A stretch of 63,984 nucleotides of DNA, the filler included, from Dirinaria sp. TL-2023a (Eukaryota), in NCBI GenBank assembly GCA_051941275.1. It is 3 parts of 3 records of this genome, joined end to end, with 100 filler letters (N's around TTAATTAATTAA, not from the genome) between each part and the next. Parts side by side here need not be neighbours in the genome. Positions count along the whole stretch, not along the records: positions 22,840 to 45,575 come from JAVEBF010000216.1; positions 45,676 to 63,984 come from JAVEBF010000389.1; 1 more part is not named here. One strand, given 5' to 3'. How positions within the stretch are numbered: the stretch's first letter is position 1; each line of letters starts with the position of its first letter. The notes below the pieces were generated by a model that saw nothing but the letters and a program-made list of their open reading frames with translations, did no database searches and was not told the DNA's origin. The position numbers and the translations under genes were made by a program. Positions 40,072 through 56,328 of the stretch are shown in pieces.

Positions 40072-42459
40072 ATGTCGTCCTCGGAAGAGCCGCCCTCGCC
40101 CAAATCCTCAGTACTCCGTCTCCCCGCCAGCGCCAGCACCGCACCACAAAAACCCTCAATAGCGCCCTTGGCTTTGCATCCTACAGGGTCTCAAGCCTTG
40201 GTTTCGCCGACTGAACTTTCTCCAACACCGGTCCCGTCTCGCGCTTCTTCAACGACGCTTCCGCCCGATCTCGCTCTCGCACCTTACAGTCTCAGCACTT
40301 CCAGCCGAAAAAGCGATCGCTTCTCCATTTCTTCCGAATCTGAGGATGAGACGAGGTACGGAGCAAGTCACCACGAGCACGGTAGGAACGCAATCCAGCG
40401 AGCCAGTGGCGGTGAGGATAAACATGACAACGAGGACGCAGAGAGTCGCTATCCAGAAGGCAGCGACACGGGGATCAGGAATGCACGGAAGGCGAGCGGT
40501 CCGAACTGGTTCAAAACGCCCCCACGCACACCGCAGACAGCCGGCGAGTTCCCTATGGCCGAAGTGATAACTCCGGCGGCAGGCTCGAGGGCTGCGCACA
40601 GTGGATCCAGCACAAGAGGAATGATTTCGCCGCGTGAAGTTCGCACCTCTGTTTCTACGTCCAGCAGGAAAGGCAGCGGCAGCACAGGGCCAGAGCGGCG
40701 TGGCAGCGAGGCTAAATCCTGGGCTGAGATATACGAAGCCCGTGCCCTCGCTGCTCAGTCCCAGCACTATCCAGACAAAGAGGATGAACACCCTATCACC
40801 AGGACGACGATAGAAAGGTACCCGAGTACGAGCACTAGGGCGATGAAGAGCCCCTCGAGCCCGTACCCAGAGGATGAGTTGCGGACGCCCACCACAGTGG
40901 CAAGCTTGAAGACGGTGGCAACAGCATCCACAAGTGCCAAGGCGGAGAGGGCATTGCATGTCCCATTTTTGCCAAAGTTCTTGGGCTTGGCTGCTAGCAA
41001 AGCGGCGACTGAATATCCTAGAGACTCGTCACAGGATGAACAGCGCGGGAAGAGCTCTGATGCTGGTGTGCAGAAAGACGTGGAAACCAAGCAATGGCAT
41101 GAAGAAAGAGGAGAAGCACAGGCCCTGCAGAGCGTCTTTGAAAGTAATACCAGCGAAGATGAAGATCCGGCCGAGGTCGGAGAGGCAAAGACAGCCAGAA
41201 GTGGAAGTCCGAAGATGGTCACTAGAAATCCAAAGGAGCGCAAATTCAACCTCAAAGAGATGCTCCTCAGCGAAGCCCCTTCAACATCTTCCGCTACCAC
41301 TCCCACCTCTAGGAACCCTGGAACACCTAGAAAGAAGATAGCCTCTTTCCTCGGCGAAAGCGTCAAGTTCGGTTCGAAGCGTGAAGGCGTTGTGGGTATG
41401 TCTGAGCCAGACACAGAATATCATGCTCCCTCGCCAAAGACTATGAAGTCTATACGTGCAAGCGAGGTAGGCGTCGCTATCTCCCCAGGCTTGAATAGCT
41501 CAAGTGGAGCGCGCTCCGAGCCAGCTCGTAGAGCAAAGACGACACCGGGTCGCGCCAAAAGACGCGTTACATTTCCACCACCTATCGAGATAGGACCAGA
41601 ACAGAGGGAGGTAAGGCCGAGTATTGTGAGTACGCCTTATCCGCTGGGTCATCCAAAGGCAGGAGAACAGCAGCAAAGCTGGGAAAAATTAGGAAAGACG
41701 AAAGATATCTTGACCCTGGTACTTCAATCCGCCGAGGGCCCGCCTGAAATCAGAAGAATAGTCATCCCAGGTCCCCAAGAGACGGTGATGGTAGATGATA
41801 GCGAGGGAAAGAAGCCGATGGCGATGGCAACGCTTCGGAAGGACTTTGACGACGAAGCACTCTTCAAGCTCTTGAAGGCGGAGTTCAAAACGATGCGAGG
41901 GGTCTCGAGAAGATTCGCAAGTGCAAGAAGAAGCAGGGGCATAGTACTGTTACCTTACCGGGATATGTCAGACCTAGGAAAGCACAGCGGGTTGGCATAT
42001 CGGAACCGAGCCTTCGGTGCCGAAGAAGACTTCCTCCTCGAAGCACGTCTGCTCCATCTCTTCCGCAACCCGAAACTCGGGCGACGAAAACACCAATGGA
42101 CGGAATGGGTCAGCAGGCTCCCCGGCAACACCAAAGCCGTCAGCGATCACAGTGACAACGTCGCCATCGAACTCGTCCAAAGCTGGTCCGTCGCTGGCAT
42201 CACGCTCGCCACTACCTTGGTCTTGGTCCTGAGCCTCGCAGCAACGTTGCTGTGGATCTTCCTCGGCAAAGAAAATACTTCTGTGGTTTCCTTTGCGCCG
42301 ATTGATCCTGACCAGTCTCTCGGCAGTGGAGTAGATAGTAGTATCTATCGCGACCGCGGCGACAGGGTTGTCACCGGTGTTGCGATCGGGGTGCTCGTGC
42401 TGCTTTTCGGATGGGTCGGTGTAGGAGCGTGGGTCCTGCTGAGCTGGTTGGCGGGTTGA
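40072..42459 (+). CDS. Hypothetical protein: long Ser/Pro-rich disordered N-terminus, C-terminal globular segment and two TM helices
   Basis: Single 795-aa ORF; C-terminal DFDDEALF...IELVQSWSVAGITLATTLVLVLSLAATLLWIFLG...VTGVAIGVLVLLFGWVGVGAWVLLSW. Confidence 0.8.
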   Translation: MSSSEEPPSPKSSVLRLPASASTAPQKPSIAPLALHPTGSQALVSPTELSPTPVPSRASSTTLPPDLALAPYSLSTSSRKSDRFSISSESEDETRYGASHHEHGRNAIQRASGGEDKHDNEDAESRYPEGSDTGIRNARKASGPNWFKTPPRTPQTAGEFPMAEVITPAAGSRAAHSGSSTRGMISPREVRTSVSTSSRKGSGSTGPERRGSEAKSWAEIYEARALAAQSQHYPDKEDEHPITRTTIERYPSTSTRAMKSPSSPYPEDELRTPTTVASLKTVATASTSAKAERALHVPFLPKFLGLAASKAATEYPRDSSQDEQRGKSSDAGVQKDVETKQWHEERGEAQALQSVFESNTSEDEDPAEVGEAKTARSGSPKMVTRNPKERKFNLKEMLLSEAPSTSSATTPTSRNPGTPRKKIASFLGESVKFGSKREGVVGMSEPDTEYHAPSPKTMKSIRASEVGVAISPGLNSSSGARSEPARRAKTTPGRAKRRVTFPPPIEIGPEQREVRPSIVSTPYPLGHPKAGEQQQSWEKLGKTKDILTLVLQSAEGPPEIRRIVIPGPQETVMVDDSEGKKPMAMATLRKDFDDEALFKLLKAEFKTMRGVSRRFASARRSRGIVLLPYRDMSDLGKHSGLAYRNRAFGAEEDFLLEARLLHLFRNPKLGRRKHQWTEWVSRLPGNTKAVSDHSDNVAIELVQSWSVAGITLATTLVLVLSLAATLLWIFLGKENTSVVSFAPIDPDQSLGSGVDSSIYRDRGDRVVTGVAIGVLVLLFGWVGVGAWVLLSWLAG

Positions 42460-43104
42460 GGAAAGTGGTGTAAGATAGAATGATGTATCAAAGTCTTTTT
42501 TTTTTCAGCCCTCTGGGAGCGATCTCGTATCATATAGGTTGTCGCACATCATTAAGGTATCTTCCCGATACAGTATGCCTTCCTGACTGACCCACACTAT
42601 ACCCCTGTCGTACCCGCTCACCCATTACCAGAGTGACCGCGATGTCTTCTCCTTCCCAGCGCCACCGCATGCATCGATCAAGAACACTATTTGTGCAGAG
42701 CTTCGCAGAATATAATGCGCGTCCAAAAGGTAGAAACAAGCCATGGCAGGAGCCCGCTTCCATGCGCTGCGCAGATATAGCGAGCGGTTTATCTTGACTT
42801 TTCTTTTGGAAAATGGACCGAATAGAATAAGTCAATAGCGATGTAGACATCATGGAGAGATGAGACCTCGATGAAGACTTTCGTCATAGCGATTCATAGG
42901 TGCAGGTAATTGTGGTACGGAGCATAGCTTTGGATTTGAGCGCCGCCACACTCCCTCCCATCCAAACCCGACTCCACTCTAATAACTAGAATACAGTTCA
43001 ATCTTCACTCTCCGTTATTCGTATTCTCTATGACCTCGAAAAACGCTGGGAGAAGGAAGGATTCGCAAAATGGGAAGGAGAGGAGAAAAAAAAAAGTGAT
43101 GTTG

Positions 43105-43193
43105 TGGCGTGTCCAGGAATCGAACCTGGGTCGAATCGGAGCTATCTTTGACGAAACCACAACGATACGTGCTAACCACTACACTAACACACC
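43105..43193 (-). tRNA. tRNA-His(GTG) with ~17-nt intron
   Basis: Reverse complement reads GGTGTGTTAGTGTAGTGGTTAGCACGTATCGTT-GTG-G[TTTCGTCAAAGATAGCT]CCGATTCGACCCAGGTTCGATTCCTGGACACGCCA; T10 Pol III terminator at 43086-43095. Confidence 0.92.
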
Positions 43194-43483
43194 CCGAACA
43201 GCCAAAACTGGTTTTATTGAATATATGATGTTTAAAAAGAAGGGGGTAAAAGGTTTTTGATATCCTGTTTAGTTTTAGATGGATTGAGCGATTACGAAAA
43301 TTGAAAAGTGAGTGGATATGTGCATGAGGTGGGTCATGGACAGAGATTGACGAGGAGAGGGATTAGGGTTATTTTAGGTTTTAGTTACAGGCTGTCGAGT
43401 ACTGCTTACAACTCTACCTGATCGATGCAGAAAGGCTACCTTATAGGTAGGAATCAGATCCTTACCATCACTCAGAACGCAGA

Positions 43484-44491
43484 ATGGAGCATTCGCGACT
43501 ACCGATTTCAGTTCTGCTCCAAGTCGTTCAATTCAATGACGTACCCACTATCCAAAGCTTTCGTCTGGCAAGCAAGGCAATCTACGAATTAATCAACACC
43601 TATCAAACGTCAATATTCAACATTGTGCTGCAGCGATGCTATGACGAGGTCGATGTTCATCACTACGCGTCTCCATATCGTTGCAAACCTACCATCAGGC
43701 TGCTACTTCAAGTGCATCATCGTATCCAGATAACCGAATGGCTTGCAGGTGTCGCCGTCGAGCAGCATGATGGCGTTCAACATCTTAATCGAGGCTATCT
43801 GACAGATTCGGAGAACATCAGTGCTCTGGACCCTCGCGGTGATGCGATCCGAGCTCGCGTTCAAGTCGGCTGGAGTGTTTTCTGGCGCCTCACAGATATC
43901 GCAAAGATGATCAAGGGCGAACGTGAACACCTAAGTGAAATTAACGACTCTCACATTAGAACCAACATAGACGAATCAATCCATCAAGCGAGGAAGAAGT
44001 ATCTCAAGGGCCTTCCGTTCCGGGAACTCATCGACTACATGTTAATGAAGATGGTGATGGAATCCGCCTTTTGTGATATAATCCTGGAGGACCCTAAATT
44101 CTTGAAGAAGCGCAAATTTTTCATGGAACACGACGAAGCAGACATGGGCGACGGGTCGGACGAATTCCACAGAATCGGCAAGCATTGGCTGGAGTGGCTC
44201 TTCCTGGACGAAGGCCCGCTCTTCATCCAGCAAGTTTGGTCGAGCCTGGAAGGCAATCGAAATGTTCGCCACATCATATCAGAGGAGTGACAGCACAGGA
44301 CGCATGAGCAATTGCGATTCCGACACCGAGCTGCCAAGGAGATGCGCGCAATTTTGAAGAGCGGCAACGAGCATGAAGAATTTGATGATGCCTATACCGT
44401 TTTCTATAAATTGACCGACTTCAGCGATGACCCAAGACCGCCTGTAAATATATTCAGAGACATTCCCTACTACATTTCGATCGATGAGTAA
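43484..44491 (+). CDS. F-box-like protein, interrupted by an in-frame TGA at 44288-44290 (possible pseudogene or recoding)
   Basis: The N-terminus SRLPISVLLQVVQFNDVPTIQSFRLASKAIYELI resembles an F-box. The frame stays open for 66 more codons after the TGA, to TAA at 44491. Confidence 0.6.
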
Positions 44492-45575
44492 AAGGTTCTC
44501 TCCTCATTTGCCCGTACTTCATGCAGGGCCATAAAAGAAAAATAGCACTCTACGAACAGAGAGAGAAAAAAGTCCTCCGCCCAAGAGTTCAGAAAAGAAT
44601 CTAAACACGCCCTGACCCTTCAATTCCCAACTTTCATCATTCATGAAACGTCCTCACTCGCAACTTACAACTCCTTGGCCTTCCTAAGAAAGGCTCACTC
44701 TCAATTTCCACCGAACTCAGGCCACTTTGAGAGCCACTTTATTTCAGACAAATCGAATCGCACTAGCAAGAGTCTTCAACGATCTACGTCCACCTATCTC
44801 TTTAAACGGGAAACACGATTTGATAATTTGGTTTCGAAAGACTTCCCAGTTCATCCATATTCACTGGATTAGTATCACCCTTAAGACACATCTTCGTATC
44901 GGAGTAGTGTTGTCGCCTATTTCTTGTTCTACTGCTTTGTATTTTCTTCTTCCGACCTACCTTAAGTCTGATATGATTACGAGCATGTTGTTTCGCTCAT
45001 TCAGCCTTGAGTACGAAATAAACAGAGGGGTCAATTAGAGAAAGAAAACCTCTACGGTGTTATCACCCTCGAAACGATCTGGGTTGGCAACGAGAAGCTC
45101 AAAAAGACAGATACATATTTTGATATTTACCTACACAACCGATATTGATGAAGACAAGTACAATTTTCAGCGGTCAAATTATTCCATGATTGATAAAAAA
45201 TCTCATAAAAGGGTCAGGTGGAGGGCTCAGACTTTCAGCGCGTGTGCACGCTCAACCGAGGTGGTGCTGAATTAACAGATAAGTGAGTAGGTAAAGAATG
45301 CTCAGCGTCCAGCCTTTCCCCTCTCCCCCAAATTCCTCTCATAAACCCTATCTGAAACGGCAACCTGAAAGTATCATCCGACTCTGGAAACCTAATATCC
45401 CTGGGAACTAGCCAACCAAATAGCCAAAGCCAAAAAATTCTCCCACGTACCATCCCCACTTTCTTACTTTAACCCAGCTAATCCTCATCCCACTTCATCC
45501 TTCTCCTCACTCTCATTTGCGCTCTTACTTCGCTTCTCTCCCCGTCCACCTTAACCAGCACCAAAAGATCTCGTA

Positions 45576-45675
45576 NNNNNNNNNNNNNNNNNNNNNNNNN
45601 NNNNNNNNNNNNNNNNNNNTTAATTAATTAANNNNNNNNNNNNNNNNNNNNNNNNNNNNNNNNNNNNNNNNNNNN
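45576..45675. other. Artificial contig-joining spacer (N44-TTAATTAATTAA-N44)
   Basis: Identical structure to 22740-22839. Confidence 0.97.
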
Positions 45676-46612
45676 CCAGTAACCCTGTGATTGCATACTC
45701 AAAACCCCCAAATCAAGATCTCCAGATCAGTCTAACCCACCTCTCTCAGCACTTAACCTCAACATCCAACATCCTACCTACCGTAAAAAAGCAAAGTTTC
45801 CCTGGTTCGTTACTGACTTTATCAAGAACATCAACGCAGTATTTCTGATTCGGGTATTATCTTTCATTCAAATTCGCCAGCAGCTCTTTTCATCTCGTCT
45901 CTTTGCAACCAATGCGTTTCGCATTGAATACATACACCCGAATAAAGGGCTTTCGAAAACTTTACTCGGTTCAAATTGCGGTAAATGTAAAAAGAATACT
46001 GTTTATCACGTGTAGACGAGGAATTAAAGCGCGCATCAAAAGAAAGAATATGATAAGTATCGTTTTCGACGCTAAAATCTCGATTGATCTCGCCATCAGC
46101 ATATATTCAAAGTAAAGGTACTCGTACGACCTACACTTAGGTAGGTATCCATTGCGGGGGTTATGAAATGATAGATGTTTTCCGTGTCTACATGTAATTA
46201 CAAATCGAGGATTAAAAAAAGGTTTTTTTACATGTAGATACCCCAGCGGGTTATTACTTAGGGAGATGCGCTGGTGAGCGAGGAGGTATGGTATGGTATT
46301 GGTATGGTTCTTTGCAAATCCATTGGACTTTTTTAACAGTTTATCTTTGACATATGTGTAGTATCCGAACTATTAAATGCACCCCCCCCCCAACCTGGAT
46401 GTATGCTTAGGGCCCGCCGGGGTGGAAAACATATATCCTTTAGGTATCTAAGGACTAAGGTATCCCATTCTATTATCAGCTAGCTAATCAATTGACTACA
46501 TCCACCTGAATCCCCATCCAGTTTCAAAACATAAATCCTGAATACATCCACTGACTTCCCACCATACTTACTTTAGTACCTTGCCTTCCTCGATTCATCG
46601 CTCCTGAGCAAG

Positions 46613-49600
46613 CTAGTAAGCCCCCACCCTCTCCACCCAGCGATCGCTGCTACTCATCTCAATTTCCTGCGCATACCCACTTTGTACAACCGCCGTACTG
46701 ACAAGCTTCAAGCCTCCCACCTTGACTGCCGCATCGTCCTCCAAGCTCCAAAGCGAAAGCGCCAGGGCGTTGGGACCGTGATAATCCAAGATCCCCTGCG
46801 GAACAGGGAAGACGGTTTGCGGACCGATGTTATTCACATATTTCCCAAACTGCCAGCCGTTGATATAGAGATGGCTTCTGAACTGTGTTGGCCGGCCGTT
46901 TAACGGGTTGGTCGTGTTTGTGAATTCGAATGCAAGCGGAATGTCCCAGCCAACTGGGAGATTCAGAGTGAAATTCGTGGTGTAGAATGCGATTCCTGCG
47001 CCTGCGGTCCCGTTTTTGATTGGGTTTCCCTCGGCCCATTCCATGCTTGGTGGTGAGGGCAGGTGGTATCCTTGCCTTTCGGCAAAGAGCCCGCCTTCGT
47101 TCAAGGGTCCGCGGACTTTGTCGATGTATGCTTCGCCTCCGAGGTTTCCCGTTATTTTCCACGTGATGGCATCAGGTTCTCGATCCGAGAGGGAGTAGCG
47201 CAGGATCCCTCGGGGGTTTTTCATCGAATCTGTGCCTACCTTGCCGTTTTCGTCCAGGCCCATGGTATCCACGATCACTGTGAGTGTGTGACTCGCTGCT
47301 GGTTGGAGTGGGGGAAGTGAGAGGGTTTGGTTATAGTTCGCGTCGGTGGATGTCCCTGGCCAGGAACCCAAATGAGTGGAGTTCAGGAAGACGGAGTGCG
47401 CGAAGGCGGTCCCGCCTTGCGTTTCGATGAAGAATGTTGTTTCGTTTCCAGTAGCTGTGAAATGTCCGCGGTATAGGAGCGTTCCGGTATTGAAGCCGTA
47501 GTCAGAAGCGTAGAGCGATGTGGGCGTCGTTAGGTTGCGCGGGTTGTTGCTGGCTGTTTTATTCGCGTTGGGCCAGAGGTGGTCGTCGTAGGTGGGCTGG
47601 ATTTCAGGTAGGGATTCGATGTACTTCCAGCGCAGGTCCGCGAGTGAGGGAAGTGTGATGTTGGGAGGCGTGAACGGGATCGTTGCACAAAGAAGTCCTT
47701 GCTTCTCCCTGGTTGTAGGCACAGTGACGTTGTTGAATGTCAGAGCAGAGATTGGGGAAGGGCTGCCGATTACTACGAGTGAGGTTGTGCTGTTAATGTC
47801 ACCCGTTAGATCTAGGGTAGTATTGTTGATCGATGCTGTGCGCAGGAGGTAGCCGCCTTTTACTATGACAGATGACGATGTGGGAGAGGAGAAGTTCGAG
47901 ACGGGAGCAGGGCTAGGGAGTGAGAGTACCCAGTAGTTGTAGGCGTCATTGCGATCTACGGCAGACCAGCGTCAGCTTAAGTATGCCATACATCCATGAT
48001 CTGGAAATGAATAAATCACGCAGCCATACCACCTCTTGGAGGAAATATACATGACTTTACAAATCCGAACACCTTATACAACATAAGATCGAGCTGAACG
48101 CTTACCTAGTAGATAGACTCGGAGACTCTGACCGACCTGCACGACCTTCTGCTCAGCAGTTGTCGCCCAATTTAGGACTAGCGAGTCATTCTTGATCTGC
48201 GATTGGATCCCTGAGCCATCTAGGGTGATGTAACTAGCAGCACCCGTGAAAGCTATCTCGTTCGTTTCGTCGAGACCGCTGTAGAGAATGAGAACGGTCA
48301 TAGATCCATAGCTCTTCCATGTGAATATATCAGCTGTAGAATAAAGAAGACTGATAGGTCTTCCAAGCTCGTAATCTGTCACATGAATTTTTGAGTCACG
48401 TCCGTTAAGTGTCAGATCGGAGCTCAACTGCGGTATATTTATAGTTCCCCGTGTGGTATTCACGGAGATGCGGTACTTAGTAGATGCAAGACTGCTGTAA
48501 TTTGCATGCCGAACAACGTAGAACCTAGTAACATTGCCGAAAAGTGGCGTGACTGCGAGCTCTTCAGTGGTGACGAAGCTACCATTGGTGCCGTTCCCTG
48601 GAGTGGCGGTCAAATACGCAGGCGACGCTTGCAGGAAGTTTGCAAGCAACTTAGCTTCGCTGTATTTTTCTCGAGATACTGTGCGATCCTCGGCGATGAC
48701 TGCACCATAGTCATACGATGTATATCCGCCTGGATGTCCAAGATTCCCCCAATTCGTGCCGCCAAAGGTCTACTTTTATTAGTCAACTAGTCTAGGGCGT
48801 GCAGAGACGGTAATACCATATAAAGGTTGAAGACAGTCACGCCGAAGCTGAAGTCGTTCTTGTAAAAAACTCGCTCAAATTCTTCGTTCAGCAGAACCGT
48901 GCATTTGGCAAACGAAGATCCTCCCCAAGGATCAAAACTCCCACCTTGAAATTCTACGAGCGAGTATGGTGTGGAAGGACTCTGGTTGAGATGTAGAGTA
49001 TGGAAGTCTGTTGGCAAAGCTCCCTCAGGCCAAGTGTAAGGATTGGCGCAGTCAAAGCCGAGGGGATAGGCATCGTGTCCATAGATGTCCACAGATCCGT
49101 TGCCAGTTCCCGGTGCCTCGTATCCTTGGGGTCGCGCATCGTTGCTTATGAAGGGAACAACGATACCAGCATCTCTATACTGGTTTTCTACCGCCTGAAA
49201 ATAGTCACCGTTGGGAAATTCTGTGCCTGGAGTGGCCTGAGAATACTCATTTTCAGGCTGAAGAAGGATGACGGGACCTCCGTTCGTGATTTGTGCTTCA
49301 GCAATGATCTCAGCGATGTTCTTCACGTAATTCTGGGTATATTTGATGTAGTCGGGTGTCCTCAACACTTCTTCTGTCCGTTGGAGCCAGCCTGGAAAGC
49401 CTCCTCCAGATACTTCTGCGTTGATATAAGGCCCTGGTCTCGCAAGGAGATAGATTCCCGCTTCGCTAGCCGCTTGGAAGAAAGCATCCAATGAAAAGAC
49501 ACCATCCGCAATGAAATGGCCCTGCTGGCCTTCTAGAAGTGCCCAATCGGTATAGAAAGAGACGCCACTGTAGCCGAGCGCTTTGATCTTCTGGAACACG

Positions 49601-49949
49601 TCCAGCCACAAGCTGGGAACTGGGAGCCTGAGGAGGCTTAGTCATGAAATCAAAATGACTTTAATGAAAAGCGATAAATATCATTATACCTAAATGGGTG
49701 GAATTCACCACTGTAAAACAGTACCCTCTCACGCCGCACGAAGAGGGAATGTTCATCCCACGTTACCTAGATTGACGCTTCAACTCAGATGCGGAAGATG
49801 AGATCGGTAGTCGCACAGCATACTATGTCCTGCAGAAGCTCTCGCTTGTACGGCTGGATCAATTTCCCTGATTTTCCTCTAAGTGCTAGGGCGACGTGCA
49901 GAAAGAAGAAGCACGACGAAAGCAAGGTGAACGCTCGCATGTAAGCCAT
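46613..49949 (-). CDS. lacA: Secreted GH35 beta-galactosidase (LacA-type)
   Basis: Signal-like [22 protein letters not shown], then [75 protein letters not shown] and [16 protein letters not shown]. Confidence 0.95.
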
Positions 49950-50872
49950 ACTCGGAGATCATTGATCCAAGACTAAGGAATTGCAAATCGGGGAGGCAAC
50001 CACGAGCGGCTGAAAGGATGAGGATGAGAGGATGGGCTTCCATAGACTATATGCAACATCTTCGCTTTAAAGGGATAAAAGAGACGTTTCTGGGCGGACC
50101 TCGGGACGAGAGCAGCGCGATGATGCCATTGTGTGCATTGTAGCAAAAAAGGATTCGCTATGCGGGGATCGTCAGGTCCAGGTGGAGGCTCTGAATCTAC
50201 TAAACTGTGGGGTTGGAAGCATCCCGTCCGATTCCCCGCACATGATTTGGCGCCATGGAGTAACCGGACGGCTTTGACCGCGATTGCACTAGTCTATTGA
50301 ATAGAGAATCTCGCGGGTCAGCAGAGAACAATCAGTTCAATAATGCCGAACCACCACTGGGTCCCTGAGTATCGCTTCAGCTATTGGGGCTATCCAGAAA
50401 GCTCCGTGCGAAGCAGCAGCGTGATGTTCGAGGGAAGCTCGGGCCTCAAGAACAGTGTCGTCGAAACCTGATTGATCAAGTACGTAGAGTGATCACAACT
50501 TGGTTCCCTGATCTTCAAAAGGACTTGGTGTTTGGGTACCTTACTGAAGTAGTGGCCGAGTCCTACAAGTAATCTTAGGGACAGTACATAGAAAACCTCG
50601 GAAGCGCAAAAGCCTAAAGCCGGAAAGATTTGCCGAGACGGGGCTTGGCAACGGGATTGCTAAAATACTCGTAATTGGTAGTAATCCAAAGCGGAGGCTT
50701 TTCCGCAGGCAATTGCCTAGGTATTATTTACTCACCTTTTCTTCATCTGCTTATGCTCCATTACTCATGTCGTGCGAATTTGATCCTCTCTGCAAGCCGC
50801 CTCACTCGTCGGTGGGCTTTTCCCTCGCCATTCCTCTCCTACGCCTACGGCTACAGCAACAGCTTGCGCACA

Positions 50873-51469
50873 ATGACGCAGATAGACAAGGAAAGTAGTG
50901 GTGCTGAAGAGGCCCATCTTCCCAAGTTGTCGACCGCTGACTTTCGGATTTACAACCGCATGGCCGAGCATATGGACTATTTTGTAAGTGTCCTGCTTCT
51001 CCACCTTTAGCGACAAGGTAATGGCTAAATGCGCGTCAAGCATGAAAATTTCCGGCAAACTTGGAAAATCCTGTACGCTGCCTGTTGCAGTGGCAAGCGA
51101 CCCGCTAATATGTCCATACGGCAATTTCTCGCCACTGGCCAGCAATTTTGCCACCATCTCGACATGCATCATTCCATCGAGGAGCAGCATATTTTCCCGA
51201 TCTTGGCAAGAAAGATGCCGGCTTTTCGCAAGGAGCTGGAGCTGCTTACACAACACAAGCAAATACACCGGGGGTTGGAGTCCTTCCAGGCCTACCTTGA
51301 GGATTGCCAAAAGGGCGAGAAAGAATTGCGCCTTGGAGAATTGAAGGGTCTGATGGATGCTTTTGGTGACGTGCTATGGTCACACCTGTCGGACGAGGTG
51401 CGAGAGCTGGGTGCGGAAAACATGCGCAAGTACTGGAGTAGGGAGGAGATGCGGACAATGCCCTTCTGA
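50873..51469 (+). CDS. Hemerythrin/HHE cation-binding domain protein
   Basis: LPKLSTADFRIYNRMAEHMDYF|HENFRQTW...HLDMHHSIEEQHIFP...QHKQIH...HLSDE; intron 50984-51040. Confidence 0.88.
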
Positions 51470-52603
51470 AGTCAAACCTTTCTGGATGATATGCCAACGT
51501 TAATCTTTGGTTACCAAAGACTTGGACCATTACCCATGTTCGCGCACCGGAATGCGTCGGGGGAAAGAAACAGCATTCGCATTCACCTTCAAAATTTAGA
51601 ACACTATCTGATCTGGATCTGAATCTGGATATCTTGATCAAGCATGAGCTATTGGCAAGCCTGGGGAAGAGATCGGCTTAGTGCCGAAACAAATGGGAGG
51701 AATTAGCTTGCAGAACGAGGACTGGAACTGTGAGGCTTGGGAGACGGGCAGAAGGGAGAAGTGCAAAGGCAAAGAAAGCCTTGTTATTGGCTACTACTTA
51801 TACCTTCTGATAACCGGTACTCGTACTTCTGTACGGCACATTGCTAGCGCATGAGCCGCCCAGAGTCCTTTTCACTGACTACATAAGAAACTTGTTTTAT
51901 GTAGGTGTGAAGTAGGTAAGATTACAGTGTTGACGAATATTTTTCTTTTCCCCCAAGATGACTAAGTCTCGTGTCATTCTTAAGGTAAGGAAGTAGGTAG
52001 GTTACTTATAGATGAAGAGTAATGCGAGCGTATCATATGGGCTGATTATTTGTTATGGGTTGCCCAAAGCCGCTTGTTCCTCTTCCCTCCCCCCCACCTG
52101 CCCTGCCTCGTCACTAGTACGAGTTTCCACCAGCCATTATCAAATCCCAACAGCTAACTGCACATCCCGTTAGTCGCATGTATTACATCAAACCACCTAC
52201 TTTACGTTACATATCGTTGTCGTGCAGACACTTAGGATGCTTGTTGGGTCCAACCATCTTCTTGAGAACATTCGTTCATTTCCAACTTTGCCTTGAACTG
52301 CTGTATTGATCACATGCCCACCACTCCACGCCGGATTTGGCTGCAGTAGCAGTTGGCAACGATAACGCGCCACGAGCTCTGCCAACCTCGCAAGACTTCC
52401 CCAGACTCACGATTTCAGCTCGACTCCGCGAGCATATCATCTATGAACAGGCGCTCACGCCTTCTTCACCCTATGTGAACTTTATCCATCATACTTAGTC
52501 CAGGACTTTAGGGCGACACATCAGCGACCTCCATCTGTGTGGTTTGCTGCCCTCGTACCCAGCGACCACCAACCTCGTTCTTTCCTCGGCACTCGGAGTC
52601 AAG

Positions 52604-56328
<3,725 letters not shown>

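Noticed and set aside
43360..43390. TTAGGG-like words suggesting an interstitial telomere
   Set aside because: Only one perfect unit; no tandem array.
43436..43450. Recurring short ACCT-n-AGGT / AGGTAG palindromic words (also ~5687, ~46130, ~51985)
   Set aside because: Too short and variable to distinguish from intergenic background without a motif-enrichment computation.
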